This document shows positions 8,822 through 17,599 of a stretch of 64,000 nucleotides of DNA, piece by piece. The stretch comes from Patescibacteria group bacterium (lineage in GTDB: Bacteria; Patescibacteriota; Microgenomatia; Daviesbacterales; UBA10151), in assembly GCA_023379125.1 (NCBI GenBank), contig JAMCSY010000004.1:122588-186587 (forward strand). Direction: 5' to 3'. Numbering within the stretch: the first letter of the stretch is position 1; every line of letters starts with the position of its first letter. Position numbers and translations under genes: made by a program. The notes under the pieces were generated by a model, which worked only from the letters and a program-made list of their open reading frames with translations, was not told the DNA's origin and did not search any database.

Positions 8822-10966
8822 ATGGCTGATCAAGATATCAAGCTTTTAAAAGATACTGAGGATTTAATTCGTGCCTACAATACTGATACCTCGTTTCGTC
8901 ATCGTGTTGATGATTTAATTAATTACCCTGGAGCCACTTATAAGAACAGGCCACTGAGACTTTATGTCTTAACAGTGACCCGCTTTGCTCCCCAATATAA
9001 AGAATACGAACGTTCGAGCAAGCAAAATCCACAAAGAATTTCTGATTTGTTTGTAAACTTTTATAGAGATGGTCCTTTTTCTCGCTTTGCCAGAGAAGCT
9101 ACTACTGACAAAATCTATGGCACGAGAGAGAAAGAGGTTTTAAAAAACATCGAGCAAGATACAGCCCATCCTCAAGAGCAATATAGAAGCTACCATCAAT
9201 TCCTCAATGAGCAAGAAAAACAAGATTCCACACCAGATGAATCGGGAACTGTTGCTGCACCCAGTGCCCAACCAGAGCCTCAGCCAACCAAACCTCCAGC
9301 TCCTAACGATACCGAGACTCCAGAAGTCAGTGTGGAAGCTAATCAGGAACCGACAGAGCCTGCACAGACATTCCTTGCAGAAAACACACAATCTCCTGTA
9401 GAGGTTACAACTGCACCATCAGAAATCACAACAGAATCTTCACCGCCGTCTGTTACTGAAGCTACCCCAACTGAGGCAGTGATAGTTGAGCCACTACCCA
9501 CCACTTCAACATCAGCTAAACTTCCCACAACACCCACAATACAAACTCCCAATATTAAAACACCAAATTTCATAAAAAATATTTCTTCAAGAGTACAAAT
9601 TACTATCAAAAAAATCACTGATAAGATCCCAAGTCAGGTAGGAAACCTATTAGCAGAAATTGGTGGAACTATTTTGGGTACTAAAAAACCTGCCACCGCC
9701 ATACCGTCACCCATAGCCTCCAAATTAGGCGAGCAGACAGAACAAACAATTAGTACATTGCAAATTGGAGCCAAAAAAACTGCTAGCAAGCTATTTTCAT
9801 CACAAACCCTCATAAACTTACTAAACGAGGCAAAAAGTTATATTTTAGGTACGAACGCACAACCTAAATCAACCTCACCGACTATTGGACAATCTCCTGC
9901 TGTCAATAAAACTTTCACTGACATCAGGATTTGGACTAAAAAATTCATCACTCGTTATGCCACACCACGAAAAGTCTTTGCCGGAGTAACAGGAACTATC
10001 GGAGCAGCAGTCGGTGGTGGAGCTACTGGAACATGGGAGGGAGCAGTAGTCGGAGCCGGTACCGGCATAGCAATTGGTATGACTGCACCATCAGTACTTA
10101 GAGAAGACAACACTAATTCCATACTAAATACTGGTGGAAGTATCATGGACAAAGGTGCTGGGTTAATAAATCGTGCCTTTACAACTCAGAATAGAGCCAG
10201 AATTCTTCTCCGGACTGGAAAAGCTTTACTTAGCACGCCCCAAGGGCGGATTGCTGTGATTATAGTTACGGTCGTTATTCTTCTGATTATCTGGATGATT
10301 GCTGACTTACCAAGATCTAGCACTCCCTTCACCCCATATCCTTTGAATGAGTCTGGGCCAGAGATCGGCAATGGGACAACCGGACCAGGCGGCGTACCAA
10401 TTACACCCGGCCCTACTCCACCCCCTGGATCAGATTTAAGCAGCGTACTCGCTTGGGCCAGAATGATTAATGATGAATTAGTTTTAGCAGGTAGCAGTTA
10501 TACTGGACTACCCATCGCTATTTCCAATAACGGCTATACTACTGGTGTTTGGGCTTCTGGTTATGTCTGCACTTACCTCGTCATTGATGCCTATAATCTG
10601 GCTGGTTTTACAGGAACTAGTAAAGCTGCTAACGGTGCTGTTGTTAACTTAGAAAGCTTCTGGAAATCTGCTGGTGATCAAGGTTATATCTATGTTGACT
10701 ATCAAGCAAATCATCAAAATCTACAATATGTTAAACCTGGCTATGCTATCTTTGAAGAACAAATACCAGGAGTCTATACTGGTAATGAGCATACGGCCAT
10801 CGTAACTAATGTTTCAATTGATGCTAATGGTAATGGTTCAATTACTACTATTGATGCTAATGGTGGATTTTATAAGGGCTGGACATACACTGTTTCTAAT
10901 TGGAATATAATTAATACATTCACCGGTAAGTATGGTGAAATAATTACTGGTTTTGGAGGACACTAG
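8822..10966 (+). CDS. Membrane-anchored cell-wall hydrolase with a C-terminal CHAP (NlpC/P60-like) domain. It is the functional analogue of PrgK/VirB1. It has an N-terminal cytoplasmic domain of unknown function and a low-complexity linker.
   Basis: Single TM segment (RIAVIIVTVVILLIIWMIADL) followed by a Pro/Gly linker. The C-terminus has WASGYVCTYLV...GNEHTAIVTNV, a Cys...His CHAP-type catalytic pair arrangement. Confidence 0.55.
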   Translation: MADQDIKLLKDTEDLIRAYNTDTSFRHRVDDLINYPGATYKNRPLRLYVLTVTRFAPQYKEYERSSKQNPQRISDLFVNFYRDGPFSRFAREATTDKIYGTREKEVLKNIEQDTAHPQEQYRSYHQFLNEQEKQDSTPDESGTVAAPSAQPEPQPTKPPAPNDTETPEVSVEANQEPTEPAQTFLAENTQSPVEVTTAPSEITTESSPPSVTEATPTEAVIVEPLPTTSTSAKLPTTPTIQTPNIKTPNFIKNISSRVQITIKKITDKIPSQVGNLLAEIGGTILGTKKPATAIPSPIASKLGEQTEQTISTLQIGAKKTASKLFSSQTLINLLNEAKSYILGTNAQPKSTSPTIGQSPAVNKTFTDIRIWTKKFITRYATPRKVFAGVTGTIGAAVGGGATGTWEGAVVGAGTGIAIGMTAPSVLREDNTNSILNTGGSIMDKGAGLINRAFTTQNRARILLRTGKALLSTPQGRIAVIIVTVVILLIIWMIADLPRSSTPFTPYPLNESGPEIGNGTTGPGGVPITPGPTPPPGSDLSSVLAWARMINDELVLAGSSYTGLPIAISNNGYTTGVWASGYVCTYLVIDAYNLAGFTGTSKAANGAVVNLESFWKSAGDQGYIYVDYQANHQNLQYVKPGYAIFEEQIPGVYTGNEHTAIVTNVSIDANGNGSITTIDANGGFYKGWTYTVSNWNIINTFTGKYGEIITGFGGH

Positions 10967-10972
10967 CAGCAA

Positions 10973-11635
10973 ATGAATCGCACAATTGTCAAGTTGGTTG
11001 TCATAATCATAATTTTGGCTATAGCGTTAGTAGGCACAATCCTGTGGTTAAATAGTCACAATCAAATAGCAGCTATCACTCCTACGGATCAATCCACTGA
11101 TGTTAATATACTCTCTCCTATCCAAGTAACTTTTGCCAAACCTTTTGATAGTAATGCTCAAAAGATGGTTACCTTTTGGACATCACCAGATACTAGTGGC
11201 AAAATAACTTGGTCTGATGATGGTAAAACAGTAACCTATACTCCACAACCACCACTTACTAGTAGCCAAAAATATATCGCTAAAGTTACTTATCTTTCTA
11301 ATCAAAATTTTATCTGGAGTTTTTCAACTACTGCTTTTAATCAGCTGACCCCTGAACAACAAACACAAGCTCAACAACAAGCAGATCAAAATGTGGCCAA
11401 CCAAAGAAACGATCTGCTACAAAAATACCCTTGGTTTCTTAAACTGCCAATTCAAAAGCTAAACTACTTTGTCTATTTTGACCCCACCACTGAGGAATTT
11501 ACGGCCAAAATTTATACCAACAATACTCAAGTTTCCAGTGCTGATTTACAAAAACAGGTTCTAATTGAACTACAAACTTTAGGAATTGATACTAATAAAT
11601 ACAAAATTAATTGGGAAATAAACCCTTCATCTTAA
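10973..11635 (+). CDS. N-terminally TM-anchored protein with an Ig-like (SbsA/Big-like) beta domain. Its position corresponds to VirB8/PrgL-type T4SS subunits.
   Basis: Signal-anchor MNRTIVKLVVIIIILAIALVG. The motif ITPTDQSTDVNILSPIQVTFAKPF...TVTYTPQPPL...YIAKVTY fits the P.dg.t.v.....i.v.F...Y.v.v Ig-like pattern. It is tightly packed in the operon. Confidence 0.45.
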   Translation: MNRTIVKLVVIIIILAIALVGTILWLNSHNQIAAITPTDQSTDVNILSPIQVTFAKPFDSNAQKMVTFWTSPDTSGKITWSDDGKTVTYTPQPPLTSSQKYIAKVTYLSNQNFIWSFSTTAFNQLTPEQQTQAQQQADQNVANQRNDLLQKYPWFLKLPIQKLNYFVYFDPTTEEFTAKIYTNNTQVSSADLQKQVLIELQTLGIDTNKYKINWEINPSS

Positions 11636-11644
11636 AGTTAGTTG

Positions 11645-12097
11645 ATGGAAATTTTCAAAAAGAAACTTATTTGGTTAATTTTAGCTTTGGGAGCAGCTTT
11701 GATCGCTCTTTTTAGTCACGGACTTTATACTGCTACACCTGTACAAACCCTACCCTCTCAACAAACACCTACTATTAATTCTGAACCTCAAGTCATAAAG
11801 ACCGATCCAGATCCACTTAATCAGGCCACTATTTTACCCAATCAAACCATCAGTTTAGAATTCAACTACCCTCTGCAAAATAAAGACGAGTTAAAAATTA
11901 AAATTGATCCTAGTACCGAATTTGAAGTAAATTTAAGTTCTGATCGTAAAACGGCACAAATTACCTTTCCTAATCCACTTGATTTGGGTAGGGCCTATTC
12001 TTTAGTCATCGGTCCAGATACAAAATTTGATGGGGCAAAAAATTTAGGTCATGATATCCAATACCAATTTAAAACTATCAACTACCAGGGAGTCTAA
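11645..12097 (+). CDS. Paralog of the 10973 gene. It is TM-anchored with an Ig-like beta domain.
   Basis: Signal-anchor followed by VIKTDPDPLNQATILPNQTISLEFNYPL...AQITFPNPLDLGRAYSLVI, the same motif pattern. The ATG at 11645 lies within the listed 11642 TTG ORF. Its stop is 3 nt from the dnaN stop. Confidence 0.45.
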   Translation: MEIFKKKLIWLILALGAALIALFSHGLYTATPVQTLPSQQTPTINSEPQVIKTDPDPLNQATILPNQTISLEFNYPLQNKDELKIKIDPSTEFEVNLSSDRKTAQITFPNPLDLGRAYSLVIGPDTKFDGAKNLGHDIQYQFKTINYQGV

Positions 12098-12100
12098 TCA

Positions 12101-13201
12101 TTAGCTTAAGTTTACAGGCATAATAATATATTCTAATCCTTCCTCACCCATTGGTTTTATAATTGCTGCAGAAAGATTTCCTGATAACTCCAAGATTACT
12201 TGGGAAGCTGAGGTAGTAGATAAAGCATCTTGTAAAAACTTAGTATTAAAAGCAATTTCAATCTCCTCTCCTTCTGTCTGGGAAGTTACCTCTCTTTGTT
12301 GATGGCCTAATTGTTTAGCCTCAGAATTAAGAGTTAACTTGGAAGCAGAATTAAGTAGCTTGACTATGTTTGTTTCATTTCGAGCAAAGATCGAAGCCAG
12401 TTTAACTGCTTTTAGTAAATCTTCTCTGCCAGTAATAACTCTTGCTTTGCAAGCAGTCGGAATAATTCTCTCCCAAGCCGGAAATTGACCTTCAATCAAA
12501 CGAGAAGAAACCATCGTAGTCCCAAATTTAAAGATAATTTGATTTTGGTTTTCCGAAGTGGAAATCTCTACTAAATCGGCTTCATCTTCATTAATTAGCC
12601 TTAAAACCTCCTCAAAAGTTCTTCTTGGTACCAAAACCCGCAAATTCTCTTCTTCTGCAATGGGAACGATTTTATGAGCCAAGCGGTATCCGTCAGTAGC
12701 CACTAGTTGCAATTTTTTATCCTTAATTTCTGTCAGAATACCAGTTAGAATAGGCCTCCCATCGTCAGCTGCTGAAGCAAAAGCTACTTGAGGCAAAGAA
12801 CTAATTAATATTTGTGGTGAAATTTTTACTGCTGCTTTACCAGATAATGGAATTGTGGGAAATTCCGTAGCAGCAATACCGTTAATTTGGGAGGAAAAAG
12901 AAGGACTGCTAATTTTCAGCTGGTCAGCAGTGCTTTCAAATTCCAACTGCTCTCCTGATAAATTAGCCACAATCTCGACCAGAGTTTTGGCTGGAACAGT
13001 CACTTCCCCTACTTCACTGTTTTCTGCTTTTAATGTTTTAACTACCCCAATCTCTAGATTTGTCGCGGAAAGCTTTAATTTATCTTGATCCGTGGAAATT
13101 AGGATATTACCTAAAACAGGTAGTTGTGCCCTCACTCCTGCTGAACGAGCTACAGATTGTAAACTTGGCCAAAGATCTTGTTGTAAAATTTTAAACCTCA
13201 T
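12101..13201 (-). CDS. dnaN: DNA polymerase III beta sliding clamp.
   Basis: 366 aa. The N-terminus MRFKILQQDL...ATNLEIGV is typical of DnaN. The gene is located downstream of dnaA. Confidence 0.9.
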   Translation of the reverse strand: MRFKILQQDLWPSLQSVARSAGVRAQLPVLGNILISTDQDKLKLSATNLEIGVVKTLKAENSEVGEVTVPAKTLVEIVANLSGEQLEFESTADQLKISSPSFSSQINGIAATEFPTIPLSGKAAVKISPQILISSLPQVAFASAADDGRPILTGILTEIKDKKLQLVATDGYRLAHKIVPIAEEENLRVLVPRRTFEEVLRLINEDEADLVEISTSENQNQIIFKFGTTMVSSRLIEGQFPAWERIIPTACKARVITGREDLLKAVKLASIFARNETNIVKLLNSASKLTLNSEAKQLGHQQREVTSQTEGEEIEIAFNTKFLQDALSTTSASQVILELSGNLSAAIIKPMGEEGLEYIIMPVNLS

Positions 13202-13209
13202 TTGCTGCC

Positions 13210-13668
13210 TTAAGATTCTACCCTTCTTTGAGCAGTGACAAAATGATGAATTTCTTCTTCACTAACTTTAATCAAGCGAAAATTAACTCGGCCATTAGCA
13301 ATTAGGTTTTTAATGTGTTTTTCTTCATCTGTCAAGACTGCTGATTGTCCAGATTTAACTTCAATAAAATCGATTCTGTTGTTATTCTTGATACCAATAA
13401 AGTCAATTGGCCACCCTAAAGGGACAATTCGGTCATAATCATATCTTAGTTCAGCATAGGTCAAAAGTTCAGCCATCTTGCCTTTTTGAGGGTTTATGGA
13501 GCCTTGTATGGTCTGTAAAACTTTAACTGGTAAATCTTGTACACCTTTGTATAGATCAATTAAATCTGTAGGGATTTCTTGTTGTGGTTTGCTATGTAGT
13601 CTACCAATAAGATAAGCAACTATTATGCCTAAAATAATTATTACGATATAGGTAAAATTTATCTCCAT
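13210..13668 (-). CDS. Small membrane-anchored PD-(D/E)xK nuclease-like protein, NERD-like. It sits between dnaA and dnaN.
   Basis: N-terminal TM segment. Motif WPIDFIGIKNNNRIDFIEVKSGQ gives PD ... ExK spacing of about 14 residues. It ends 8 nt before the dnaN start. Confidence 0.4.
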   Translation of the reverse strand: MEINFTYIVIIILGIIVAYLIGRLHSKPQQEIPTDLIDLYKGVQDLPVKVLQTIQGSINPQKGKMAELLTYAELRYDYDRIVPLGWPIDFIGIKNNNRIDFIEVKSGQSAVLTDEEKHIKNLIANGRVNFRLIKVSEEEIHHFVTAQRRVES

Positions 13669-13689
13669 AAATGTTTGTTGATAGTTATC

Positions 13690-13953
13690 CTCAAGTTATC
13701 CACCAACTAGATTGTTAAAACTTTGATATAAATACTCAGTCATAATATTAGTAGTGTCAGTTGATATGTGTATAAAACGTTTAAAATAAGCATATTTAAA
13801 CGGTGGATAACTATAAAAAGTAATTTTTAAGTTGAGAATTTAGTTGCAAGCTAAGAGCTTTGGGCATAAGTTTTCGGATCTTCTTAGTGTGTAAAAAGTA
13901 TAACATAGTTGTGGATATCTTAGTGGATAACTTGCCTGTTATTGTGGATATCT
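13690..13953. promoter_or_regulatory. oriC-type DnaA-box cluster with an AT-rich unwinding stretch in the dnaA-dnaN intergenic region.
   Basis: TTATCCACC at 13696-13704. TGTGGATAA-type boxes at 13802-13810, 13910-13918, 13922-13930 and 13943-13951 (TGTGGATAT, GTGGATAA). AT-rich stretch taaaacgtttaaaataagcatatttaaa at about 13770-13800. Confidence 0.6.
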
Positions 13954-15282
13954 TCATGCTTGTAAAGATTGTTTAATCTCGATTAACATTCGTTGAATTT
14001 CCCGGTCACGATTAACTGATTCACGAATCTTCTCTACCCCATGTAAAACTGTTGTATGATCTCGTCCACCTAAAATATCCCCAATTCGTTCATAAGGCAA
14101 TTTACACTCCTCATATAGTAAATACATTGCTAACTGTCTTGGTAAGACAAGTTCCTTCTTTCTTCTGGGGCCAACTATTTCTGCCATTTTTATATTGAAA
14201 TATTGATTAATCTCGCTAATAACTTTCTTATAATCAATTTTCTGCTCACTAATTCCAGGTTTTCCTAGAATTTTTCTGGCAAAATCTATAGTTAATTCCT
14301 CGCCAGAAAGCTTAGCTGTTTGAATAACTTGTAGTAGTTTGCCTTCTAGCTCACGGGCGTTGGTTGGAAAAACTTCCGCAATTAGGGTCAAGATCTCTTC
14401 AGGAACAATTTCTCCCCTTTCTTCACCCTTAGCTCTTAAGATGGCTACCCTAGTATCAAAATCAGGTTGTTGAATATCAACCATTAAGCCTCCCTGAAAA
14501 CGCGATAATAATCTTGATTCAAGTTTCTGCATCTCTTGGGGTGGACGATCAGAAGTTAAAATAATTTGTGACCCATTGGTATGTAATTCATTGAACGTAT
14601 GGAAAAATTCCTCTTGAGTAGAATCTCGACCAGAAATGAATTGAATATCATCAACTAAGAGCAGATCACACATGCGATACTTACCTCTAAACTCACCGGT
14701 TCGTTTGTTTTGAATACTCTGAATAAAATCATTAGTAAACTTTTCTGAGGAGCAATAAACAATTTTAATTCGGGGGTTTTTTTGAAGCAAAGCATTTCCA
14801 ATACCATGCATGAGATGGGTTTTGCCAACCCCTGTTCCACCGTAGATAAATAAAGGATTATAGCTTAACCCAGGATTTTGAATTACAGCTTGGGCAGCTG
14901 CATAGGCTAGATTATTAGAAAGTCCAACAACAAAGTTTTTCATTGTATGCTTGGTGTTTAAACCATGCTCGTGAGTATTAACAGGTAAATTATTTAATAG
15001 GTCAAGTTCAATTAGGCTATCAGGTGGGTTAATATTTTCCTGAGAAGAATCAATCGTGATTTCAAAGTTGATATTTTGTCCAAAAACTTGGCTAATAGAA
15101 CTTTGTAATAGCTCTTGGTACTTACTACTTAGCTGTTGTTTAATAAAAGCAGAAGGGACACTAATTAATAATTTTTTGGCTGTTTGTTCTTGCAAAAGAC
15201 TTTGGGCAAACCAGGTTCGATAATTAGCAGCTGAGACCTGCTCTTTAATTAGTGTTAGCACTTTGGCCCACTGCTTCTCCAT
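13954..15282 (-). CDS. dnaA: Chromosomal replication initiator DnaA.
   Basis: AAA+ Walker A GGTGVGKTHL and a C-terminal DNA-binding domain. The likely true start MEKQWAKVLTL at 15282 matches the conserved DnaA N-terminus. The ORF track's 15348 start adds 22 non-conserved residues. Confidence 0.9.
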   Translation of the reverse strand: MEKQWAKVLTLIKEQVSAANYRTWFAQSLLQEQTAKKLLISVPSAFIKQQLSSKYQELLQSSISQVFGQNINFEITIDSSQENINPPDSLIELDLLNNLPVNTHEHGLNTKHTMKNFVVGLSNNLAYAAAQAVIQNPGLSYNPLFIYGGTGVGKTHLMHGIGNALLQKNPRIKIVYCSSEKFTNDFIQSIQNKRTGEFRGKYRMCDLLLVDDIQFISGRDSTQEEFFHTFNELHTNGSQIILTSDRPPQEMQKLESRLLSRFQGGLMVDIQQPDFDTRVAILRAKGEERGEIVPEEILTLIAEVFPTNARELEGKLLQVIQTAKLSGEELTIDFARKILGKPGISEQKIDYKKVISEINQYFNIKMAEIVGPRRKKELVLPRQLAMYLLYEECKLPYERIGDILGGRDHTTVLHGVEKIRESVNRDREIQRMLIEIKQSLQA

Positions 15283-15304
15283 GGAAATGATATTAGTGTA
15301 AAAG

Positions 15305-15365
15305 TTATCCACATGACAAGATACAGTAAGTGTTTCGTAATAGATCATCCCCTACCTTGGGATAA
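15305..15365. promoter_or_regulatory. DnaA boxes in the dnaA upstream region. This is an autoregulatory element and the second oriC element.
   Basis: Perfect TTATCCACA at 15305-15313. TTGGGATAA (reverse complement TTATCCCAA) at 15357-15365. Confidence 0.45.
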
Positions 15366-15429
15366 AAAGATTGCAATCTTAACCCAAACTTAGTAAACTA
15401 TTTTCCTGAGAAGTTGAGATGTTTTAATT

Positions 15430-15567
15430 ATGAATATCGGTACATACCAACCAAGCAAAATAAAAAGAAAAAGAAAGCACGGATTTCGTGCCCGACAACA
15501 AACTCATGATGGCCAAAAAGTATTGAAACGAAGAATGGCCAAAGGTCGCAAAAGACTAAGTTTGTAA
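15430..15567 (+). CDS. rpmH: 50S ribosomal protein L34.
   Basis: 45-aa [48 protein letters not shown] not in the ORF track. It is the canonical L34 sequence. Its TAA overlaps the rnpA ATG (TAATG). Confidence 0.88.
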   Translation: MNIGTYQPSKIKRKRKHGFRARQQTHDGQKVLKRRMAKGRKRLSL

Positions 15568-15908
15568 TGTTGTCAAAAGATAAACGCCTCAATATTAGTA
15601 GAAGTTTCCAATGGGTTATCAACGGACAAAAGATTGAAGATCAACTACTTAGTCTTTATTTTCGCTTGGGAGATAATGATCAACCAAAAGTAGGAGTGGC
15701 GATCTCCGCTAAAAAAATCAAAACGGCAGTGGCCAGAAATAAAACGAAAAGATTAATTATGCAAAGTTTGTCTGGGCTGTACACTAAATTGTTAAAAAAT
15801 ACTAATATTTTAGTAATGCCCAAAATTGATCTTGCCGGAAAAGATCAAAATAATATTCAAAAAAATATTGAACTACTATTACAAAAAGGCAGGCTGACTA
15901 ATGATTAA
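15567..15908 (+). CDS. rnpA: RNase P protein component.
   Basis: 113-aa basic protein directly after rpmH. RnpA-like KRL...R motifs are present. Confidence 0.8.
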   Translation: MLSKDKRLNISRSFQWVINGQKIEDQLLSLYFRLGDNDQPKVGVAISAKKIKTAVARNKTKRLIMQSLSGLYTKLLKNTNILVMPKIDLAGKDQNNIQKNIELLLQKGRLTND

Positions 15909-16104
15909 AAAAATAGTTATGGAACTAATTAAGTTTTACCAAACATTCTTATCTTTCGATCGAGGTCTATTATCAATTATTGCACCAGGTGGAGCTTGTA
16001 AGTACTCCCCCACTTGCTCAGAATATACCAAACAGCAAGTTGAACGCTTGGGAGTGTTACGCGGGATAATCTTAGGAGGAAGAAGGATTTTGTCATGTCG
16101 ATAG
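15901..16104 (+). CDS. yidD: Membrane protein insertion efficiency factor YidD.
   Basis: 67 aa with the CKYSPTCSEY motif. It sits between rnpA and yidC. Confidence 0.8.
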   Translation: MIKKIVMELIKFYQTFLSFDRGLLSIIAPGGACKYSPTCSEYTKQQVERLGVLRGIILGGRRILSCR

Positions 16105-16952
16105 GAGCAATTTTTAATACGATCTTCTTTGATCCAATTGTTAATTTACTAGTACTGATTTTTCATGGTTTAGAAACAGTGTCTATTCCAGGAGCATTAG
16201 GTTTTTCAATTATTCTCTTAACAATTTTGATTCGAATGTTGGTGTGGCCGTTTATGAATGCTCAACTGCACTCAGCACGCAGAATGGCTGAACTTAAACC
16301 AGAAATAGATAAATTGAAAGAAAAGCATGGTAGTGACAAACAAGCTTTTGCTGCAGCGCAGATGGCTTTATATAAAGAAAGAAATATTAATCCAGCTGGT
16401 GGTTGTTTACCAGCAATTATTCAATTACCAGTAATTTGGGCACTTTACCAAACAATTTATGCATTTTTCTCAGGTAGTGCTGGACTAGAAAGAATTAACA
16501 ACGCTCTTTATGTAGCAAACTGGAAATTAACTCAAACGCCAAACTTGGATTTTTTTGGCTTGAATTTAGCTAATAAACCAGCTGAGTTTGGTCAAATTGG
16601 CATTTTAGTCCTGCTGATTCCCCTACTCACAGCTACACTCACTTTAGTGCAGTCAAAAATGATGACACCTCCTCAGATTAAAGCTTATCCACAGGATACT
16701 AAAAAGGAAAAAGAAGAAAAACAATCAACGGACGAATCGATTGCGGCAATGCAATCTCAAATGACTTATCTGATGCCATTGATGATTGGTTATTTCGCTT
16801 TCCAGTTTCCTATTGGCCTCGCTTTATACTGGAATACTTTTACGATATTAGGTATAATCCAACAATACTTTGTTTCAGGTTGGGGCGGCTTAAAAAGTTG
16901 GCTAAGTTTTTTAAATAGACCTAACTTGAAATTAAATAAAGTTAATAAATAG
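16095..16952 (+). CDS. yidC: Membrane protein insertase YidC (short Gram-positive-type).
   Basis: 285 aa with multiple TM segments and YidC/Oxa1 core motifs. Position in the rnpA-yidC-jag cluster. Confidence 0.85.
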   Translation: MSIGAIFNTIFFDPIVNLLVLIFHGLETVSIPGALGFSIILLTILIRMLVWPFMNAQLHSARRMAELKPEIDKLKEKHGSDKQAFAAAQMALYKERNINPAGGCLPAIIQLPVIWALYQTIYAFFSGSAGLERINNALYVANWKLTQTPNLDFFGLNLANKPAEFGQIGILVLLIPLLTATLTLVQSKMMTPPQIKAYPQDTKKEKEEKQSTDESIAAMQSQMTYLMPLMIGYFAFQFPIGLALYWNTFTILGIIQQYFVSGWGGLKSWLSFLNRPNLKLNKVNK

Positions 16953-17025
16953 TTCAAAGTTATAATAAATAATTTGACACTAAGAACTAATTAAACAACT
17001 ATATAAACTGCCCAATAGATAAATT

Positions 17026-17550
17026 ATGGAAGCTCGAGTATCAGAAATATTAGAAAATATTTTAAGCTTGCTAGGCCTGGAAGGTAGTTTTGAGGTGGTT
17101 GAAGGTCCAGAAGAAGTAGCTGTTTCAATAGAAACAGAAGATCCAGGCAGGTTAATTGGTTTTCGTGGTGAAACTTTAGATGCACTACAGCTAATTGTCA
17201 ACCAAATCCTCGGCAAGCAGCTTTCTTCTCAAGAAGACTCTAAAGAGCAATTTAAAAGAGTGGTAATTGATGTAGCTGATTGGCGGAAAAATAAGGAGGG
17301 AGATTTAGAAAGAAGGGCCAGATCCTGGGCTCAAGAGGTACAGGAAAAAGGCTCACCAATTGAACTTGATCCCATGCCTTCTTGGCAAAGACGCATTATT
17401 CATATGATTATTAGTGAGATAGGTGGAGTTTCCTCAGAAAGTGTTGGTGAAGGTAAAGATAGACATTTAATTATTAGTCCCGCAGATGAAAAAGCAGCTG
17501 GGCAACCTGGAGAATCTACAGAAGACATTCCAACCACAACTGAAGACTAA
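17026..17550 (+). CDS. jag: Jag/SpoIIIJ-associated KH-R3H RNA-binding protein.
   Basis: The C-terminal R3H-like region (RRIIHMIISEI) is recognisable. The position after yidC is canonical. Confidence 0.75.
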   Translation: MEARVSEILENILSLLGLEGSFEVVEGPEEVAVSIETEDPGRLIGFRGETLDALQLIVNQILGKQLSSQEDSKEQFKRVVIDVADWRKNKEGDLERRARSWAQEVQEKGSPIELDPMPSWQRRIIHMIISEIGGVSSESVGEGKDRHLIISPADEKAAGQPGESTEDIPTTTED

Positions 17551-17599
17551 AATCTTTTCTACTTTTCTTTCATCCATCAGATCCTTTACAATTTAAGCT

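Noticed and set aside
15283-15348. Upstream ATG at 15348 as the dnaA start.
   Set aside because: The 22 residues it adds are not DnaA-like and would place the perfect DnaA box at 15305-15313 inside the coding sequence. The conserved N-terminus starts at 15282.
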